Shown here: positions 60,029 to 64,000 of the stretch, piece after piece
How positions within the stretch are numbered: position 1 is the first letter of the stretch
Layout of the letters: each line of letters starts with the position of its first letter
IMG/VR virus record: IMGVR_UViG_3300036770_003657
Span: 124,001 to 188,000 of that record
Reading direction: 5' to 3' (one strand)
Length of the DNA stretch: 64,000 nucleotides
Notes under the pieces: model-generated
Database searches by the model: none
Told to the model about the DNA's origin: nothing
What the model saw: the letters and a program-made list of their open reading frames with translations, nothing else
Position numbers and translations under genes: made by a program

Positions 60029-61254
60029 TGAAACATTTGGTTTGTAGTAAAATGTGGACAGATGTTAATATCAATATTCCCACTAAGGAAATTAAAAATT
60101 GTTGTAAACGTCAATCGGCTAAAATTTCCTTAGAAGATTTAAAAACATATGGTAAAAATATCTTCACTAAACACGAGTTATTAGAAAACGATAAAAGATT
60201 TATGATACAGGAAAACAAGTTACCAGACGCTTGTTATGGTTGTAAAATTACATGGCCAAATTCTCTTTGGTCAGTTTGGAACTTATGGAAGGAAAAAGAA
60301 TGGTCTAAAGATGAATTGTATAGACTAATTGATGAAGATAAGGTATACCAAATAGAAATAATGTTAGGTATTACTTGTAATCAAGCCTGTATGTATTGTA
60401 CAGAATATGTAAGTAGTAAATGGGCAGACATAAAAAGAATTGATATAAAGCCTGATGACGAATGGGAAAACCTCGCTTTAACGAATTTATACAATTATAT
60501 AGAGAATGATAGATATAATGATAGCAACTCTATATTATATAATTTTTTAGGAGGAGAGCCTTTTTTAGAACCTAAGATTTTTGAAGTCATTGAAAATTTA
60601 ATTAAAATTCATAAAGATAAAAATGTTCAATATAAAAGAATTAATATAAACATGACTACAAATCTTAATATCAAACCTAAAACTATTGATAGATATTTAG
60701 AAATGGTTTCAGGCAATCGAGAAATTTCTTGGAGTTTAAGTGCTAGTATAGATTCTTTAGGTAAACAAGGTGAGGAAATTAGAGACGGTTTAATTTTTTC
60801 TAGATTTGAGCATAATTTAGAAAAGATTTATGAATCAAATATGTTTACAACTATAAGTTTGTTACCATCTGTAAGTGCTTTAAGTATACCAAATAAGATT
60901 GATTTAATTAAATGGTTTTTTAATTTGTCTTTTAGATATAAAAAACCTAACGAATTTGGACATTCATTTAATATTGCTTCTAATATTGTTACATGGCCTG
61001 ATGCCATGCACCCAGGTATACTCACTGATGAATATAAGTCTGAAATTGACAAATGTATTAATTACATTGATAATTTAGATTCAACTAGTAATACTCAAAA
61101 ATATAAAAACCATCTTATTAATTTACGTAATATAATTGGTACTAAAAGGCAGACAAGTTATTTGGAAAGTTCAAGAAAATGGTATCAAGATCAAGGTAGA
61201 TTAAAAGGAAAAGATTATTTTGAAATTTTTCCGTTTTTAAATGTAATTTTATGA
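60028..61254 (+). CDS. Radical SAM protein with N-terminal twitch-like domain
   Basis: CSKMW..IKNCC..CYGC precedes MLGITCNQACMYC; LGGEPF. Confidence 0.88.
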   Translation: MKHLVCSKMWTDVNINIPTKEIKNCCKRQSAKISLEDLKTYGKNIFTKHELLENDKRFMIQENKLPDACYGCKITWPNSLWSVWNLWKEKEWSKDELYRLIDEDKVYQIEIMLGITCNQACMYCTEYVSSKWADIKRIDIKPDDEWENLALTNLYNYIENDRYNDSNSILYNFLGGEPFLEPKIFEVIENLIKIHKDKNVQYKRININMTTNLNIKPKTIDRYLEMVSGNREISWSLSASIDSLGKQGEEIRDGLIFSRFEHNLEKIYESNMFTTISLLPSVSALSIPNKIDLIKWFFNLSFRYKKPNEFGHSFNIASNIVTWPDAMHPGILTDEYKSEIDKCINYIDNLDSTSNTQKYKNHLINLRNIIGTKRQTSYLESSRKWYQDQGRLKGKDYFEIFPFLNVIL

Positions 61255-62645
61255 GCAATATCTCTATTAATTTTGTTACAGTAAAACAAAATAGATTAGA
61301 CAAGATACTTTTTGTATTTTGGAATGATTATTTTTATAATTCAAAAAAGTATTCTAATGATTTTAATTATGCCAATGACTTCATGCTTATGACACAAATG
61401 CTATCTAATAGCATGTTATATCATAATTATGATAGAATATTATGTTATAATTTAGAAGAAGCTTTAGAATTAGGACGAGCAGCAGGATTTAAACATGCTG
61501 TAATTCAGACTCCAGGGAGTGTTATTAATAAAAATTTTGATAAAATAATTTTAGATTATGTTAAAAGTAAGGACTATTTTTTAATTGGTCATATTTTAGA
61601 TGGTAAGCCTAAGAACAAATACTTATATATACACGAACAACTGTTTGTTATAAATTTAGAAAAAATATTAAATTTTGATTATATTATTGACAAGGAATGT
61701 AAGACAGAAAGAACATTTAATAATTATATTAGAAGTGAGTATAATTTTCATGATGATTATACACCTTTATGGATTAAGAAAACAAATGGCAGTATTACAA
61801 CAAAAAATTATAATTGGTCTGCTTCATATTTGAGTTATGGACTTGAAGTAGATGGGCTTTTCACATTTAGTCATAATATAAGATCCAGTAAACTGCATAT
61901 GTATCCTGAAAATAAAAACCATAAAGAAACATGGTATAGTGAGATCAATGAAAATAATCAATTAAAAAATATTATAGATAATGCATATAAAGTTGATAGA
62001 ACTAATCATATTTTTAATAATGAGAATTTTTCTAAAATATCAGCAAAAGCAGTTAGTTCTAAAATAGATACGTTAGTCTTGCCTGCTAGTGGATTTTATT
62101 CAGTTCATGCTTTTTCTCATTTTAGGCCTACTAAAATAATTTATTATGATATAGACAATGTTACTCTTAAGGCTAGAAAGTTAATTAATGAAACTTGGAA
62201 TGGTGTTGATAATATTGACTTCGGCGATCTTTCTGTAAATATTTTTCAAGATAAAAATGTCAACAATATACAACTTGTTGATAATGAATGGATTAAAACT
62301 AGAGAAGAAGCTTTAGAAATATGGAAAGATTTTCAAAAAGTTGACAAAGTGTACCATAATATTGATATTATAGAAGATTATGATAAACTTTTAGGAATTT
62401 TGCCTGATAATAATATGTTTATTTGGTTAAATAGTATATATACTTATAGTACAAATATTTGGAACCATAGACCTAGTAAGATATTTAAATCTTATTTTTC
62501 TCTTGTATATAGACTTATTGATTTCAAAAGTCAAATTTGGATAGATGTAAAAGAGCCTATGGGACAATATCGTTGTTTTGAAGTACATAAATATAGTCCA
62601 GATGCTGTAGCTATGTCTTATGCTAATTATAAAAAATTTATATGA
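61251..62645 (+). CDS. Hypothetical 464-aa protein, possible Rossmann/methyltransferase-like C-terminal half
   Basis: ATGA-coupled ORF; LVLPASG..IIYYDID segment. Confidence 0.5.
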   Translation: MSNISINFVTVKQNRLDKILFVFWNDYFYNSKKYSNDFNYANDFMLMTQMLSNSMLYHNYDRILCYNLEEALELGRAAGFKHAVIQTPGSVINKNFDKIILDYVKSKDYFLIGHILDGKPKNKYLYIHEQLFVINLEKILNFDYIIDKECKTERTFNNYIRSEYNFHDDYTPLWIKKTNGSITTKNYNWSASYLSYGLEVDGLFTFSHNIRSSKLHMYPENKNHKETWYSEINENNQLKNIIDNAYKVDRTNHIFNNENFSKISAKAVSSKIDTLVLPASGFYSVHAFSHFRPTKIIYYDIDNVTLKARKLINETWNGVDNIDFGDLSVNIFQDKNVNNIQLVDNEWIKTREEALEIWKDFQKVDKVYHNIDIIEDYDKLLGILPDNNMFIWLNSIYTYSTNIWNHRPSKIFKSYFSLVYRLIDFKSQIWIDVKEPMGQYRCFEVHKYSPDAVAMSYANYKKFI

Positions 62646-63184
62646 TTATTGCTGGTAATAAAAACTATGGGCTCGCTAAAGAATTATATAAATATTATCC
62701 TGATGCCTTTTTTGCTAGTAGAACTACAGGATTTGATTTAACTAATTCTACTGATCAAAAAAAGTTAGCAGATTTAGTTTTGGAAAACAAAGTTTTTATT
62801 AATTGTAGTGCTTTATGGAAGTTTAATCAAACTGTTTTATTAGACATAGTTTATAAAAAATGTTTAGAAAATAGTCATAGACCTTACATAATAAATGTTG
62901 GATCAACAACAGATCGTGTAAAAAAAGGGGGGTCTTGGTTATATAATGCTGAAAAGAAAGCATTGAGAGATTATAGTAATACTTTAGGTATAAATGGAGT
63001 ATGGGATAAGGGACCGAAAGTGACCTTAATAAGTTTTGGGTCATTATCAAATGTACAGCAAAAGCATCCTAGTAGAAAATGTATTCCTATTGATATTGCT
63101 GCTTCCTATATAAAATGGATTTTAGAACAGCCTGAAAGTTTATGCATAAATGAAATAAGTATTGACCCGGTACAGTTTATATGA
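62642..63184 (+). CDS. Short-chain dehydrogenase/reductase-like protein
   Basis: IIAGNKNYGLA, FINCSA, IINVGST, catalytic YxxxK (YNAEK), VTLISFG. Confidence 0.75.
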   Translation: MIIAGNKNYGLAKELYKYYPDAFFASRTTGFDLTNSTDQKKLADLVLENKVFINCSALWKFNQTVLLDIVYKKCLENSHRPYIINVGSTTDRVKKGGSWLYNAEKKALRDYSNTLGINGVWDKGPKVTLISFGSLSNVQQKHPSRKCIPIDIAASYIKWILEQPESLCINEISIDPVQFI

Positions 63185-64000
63185 AAATTAAAATAGGAAT
63201 ATTATTTAATGAACTAAATGTTGATAAGGAAATACTTTTTGTAAGGAATTATCTAGAAAATACATTAAGAGCATTCAATACAGATTCTTTTTTTTGGCAA
63301 AAAATTTCTGATATAGAAGAATCAGTAGACTATTTATTAGTTGTTAAAAATGATTTTGTCATTATAAATGCTGATTTATTTGTTCAAAATTTGATAAATT
63401 TATGTGATAATTCTACTTATGAAACAGAAGAGTTTGTATTTACTAAAAAAAATAATTCTGTAGAAACGAGCAAAAAGTTAGAATTATATTATTCCAGTAC
63501 TTATCTTGCATATGATAGATTCAAAAGAGAGTATGACGGTCACGGTAGTAAATTTTTTTTAAAATATTGGGCGTATAATTCTGAAGTTATACCTTATCAA
63601 ATTCCACCACGAACAGATTGCTTGCTAGTTATAGGTGCAGGATTATTGCCTTTGGCTGCTATATCGCATTTAGAAAATCCTGCTACAATAATTATAATTG
63701 ATCATAATAAAAATTGCATTGATTTTCAAAAATTTTTAATAAACAATTTTGATTACATTAAGAATAGTAATTCTTACCACAATTTAGTTGATAACTATAC
63801 AATAGAAAATAGACAAGATTATTGTAATATCAAAAATAATAATAATTTAGAAGTTATTTTAAAAAATTTAGATAAAATACGGAAAAGATTAAATGATAGT
63901 AATATTTTATATTTTTATAATGATATTACTGAACCAAATTTAGAAATATTAGATATTATAAGAAAATCTAATAACCCATATGTATATTTTAGTAATGTAT
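63181..64000 (+). CDS. Partial ORF running off the window, SAM-methyltransferase-like
   Basis: Translated by hand from the ATG at 63181 (ATGA overlap), no stop up to 64000; LLVIGAGLL..IIIIDHN motif I/II-like. Absent from the supplied ORF track. Confidence 0.6.
   Translation, partial: MKIKIGILFNELNVDKEILFVRNYLENTLRAFNTDSFFWQKISDIEESVDYLLVVKNDFVIINADLFVQNLINLCDNSTYETEEFVFTKKNNSVETSKKLELYYSSTYLAYDRFKREYDGHGSKFFLKYWAYNSEVIPYQIPPRTDCLLVIGAGLLPLAAISHLENPATIIIIDHNKNCIDFQKFLINNFDYIKNSNSYHNLVDNYTIENRQDYCNIKNNNNLEVILKNLDKIRKRLNDSNILYFYNDITEPNLEILDIIRKSNNPYVYFSNV

Noticed and set aside
1-64000. Stop-codon reassignment (common in jumbo phages)
   Set aside because: Standard code gives full-length, tightly packed genes; TAA, TGA and TAG all appear as genuine ends.
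1-64000. tRNA/rRNA genes, transposases, integrase
   Set aside because: Intergenic gaps are short and none showed a cloverleaf; no such ORF motifs. Not confirmed by a covariance search.

Overview
A 64-kb segment of a large T4-like myovirus (jumbo-phage-like) genome; no tRNA, rRNA, CRISPR array or mobile element was seen. 1-25.4 kb encodes virion fibre/structural genes, dominated by an 18-kb ORF for a 6000-aa, almost proline-free (Gly-Val-Gln)n collagen-like fibre strung with 25 Trp/Tyr-rich bead modules, some carrying nested insert domains. 25.4-28.2 kb is a three-gene glycosyl/methyltransferase operon. 28.2-44.6 kb is the T4-like morphogenesis core: NUDIX, gp15 and gp14 on the minus strand, then gp13, dNMP kinase, sheath, tube, tube-like protein, gp4, small and large terminase, and probable internal head proteins. 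44.7-47.5 kb is a gp32-uvsX-uvsY recombination module. 47.5-64 kb is an AT-rich, tightly coupled run of sugar/modification enzymes: a cupin, paired glycosyltransferase-like genes, methyltransferase-like genes, six radical SAM enzymes in two domain orders, a 2OG-Fe(II) oxygenase-like gene and an SDR. The best candidate new system is a micron-scale beaded Gln-collagen fibre plus a phage-encoded modification kit; the link between the two is inference only. Regulatory highlights are an 11-bp anti-Shine-Dalgarno switch on the sheath gene, probable leaderless late mRNAs, and a structured gp32 leader. All functional calls come from motif recognition by eye; no database search was run.
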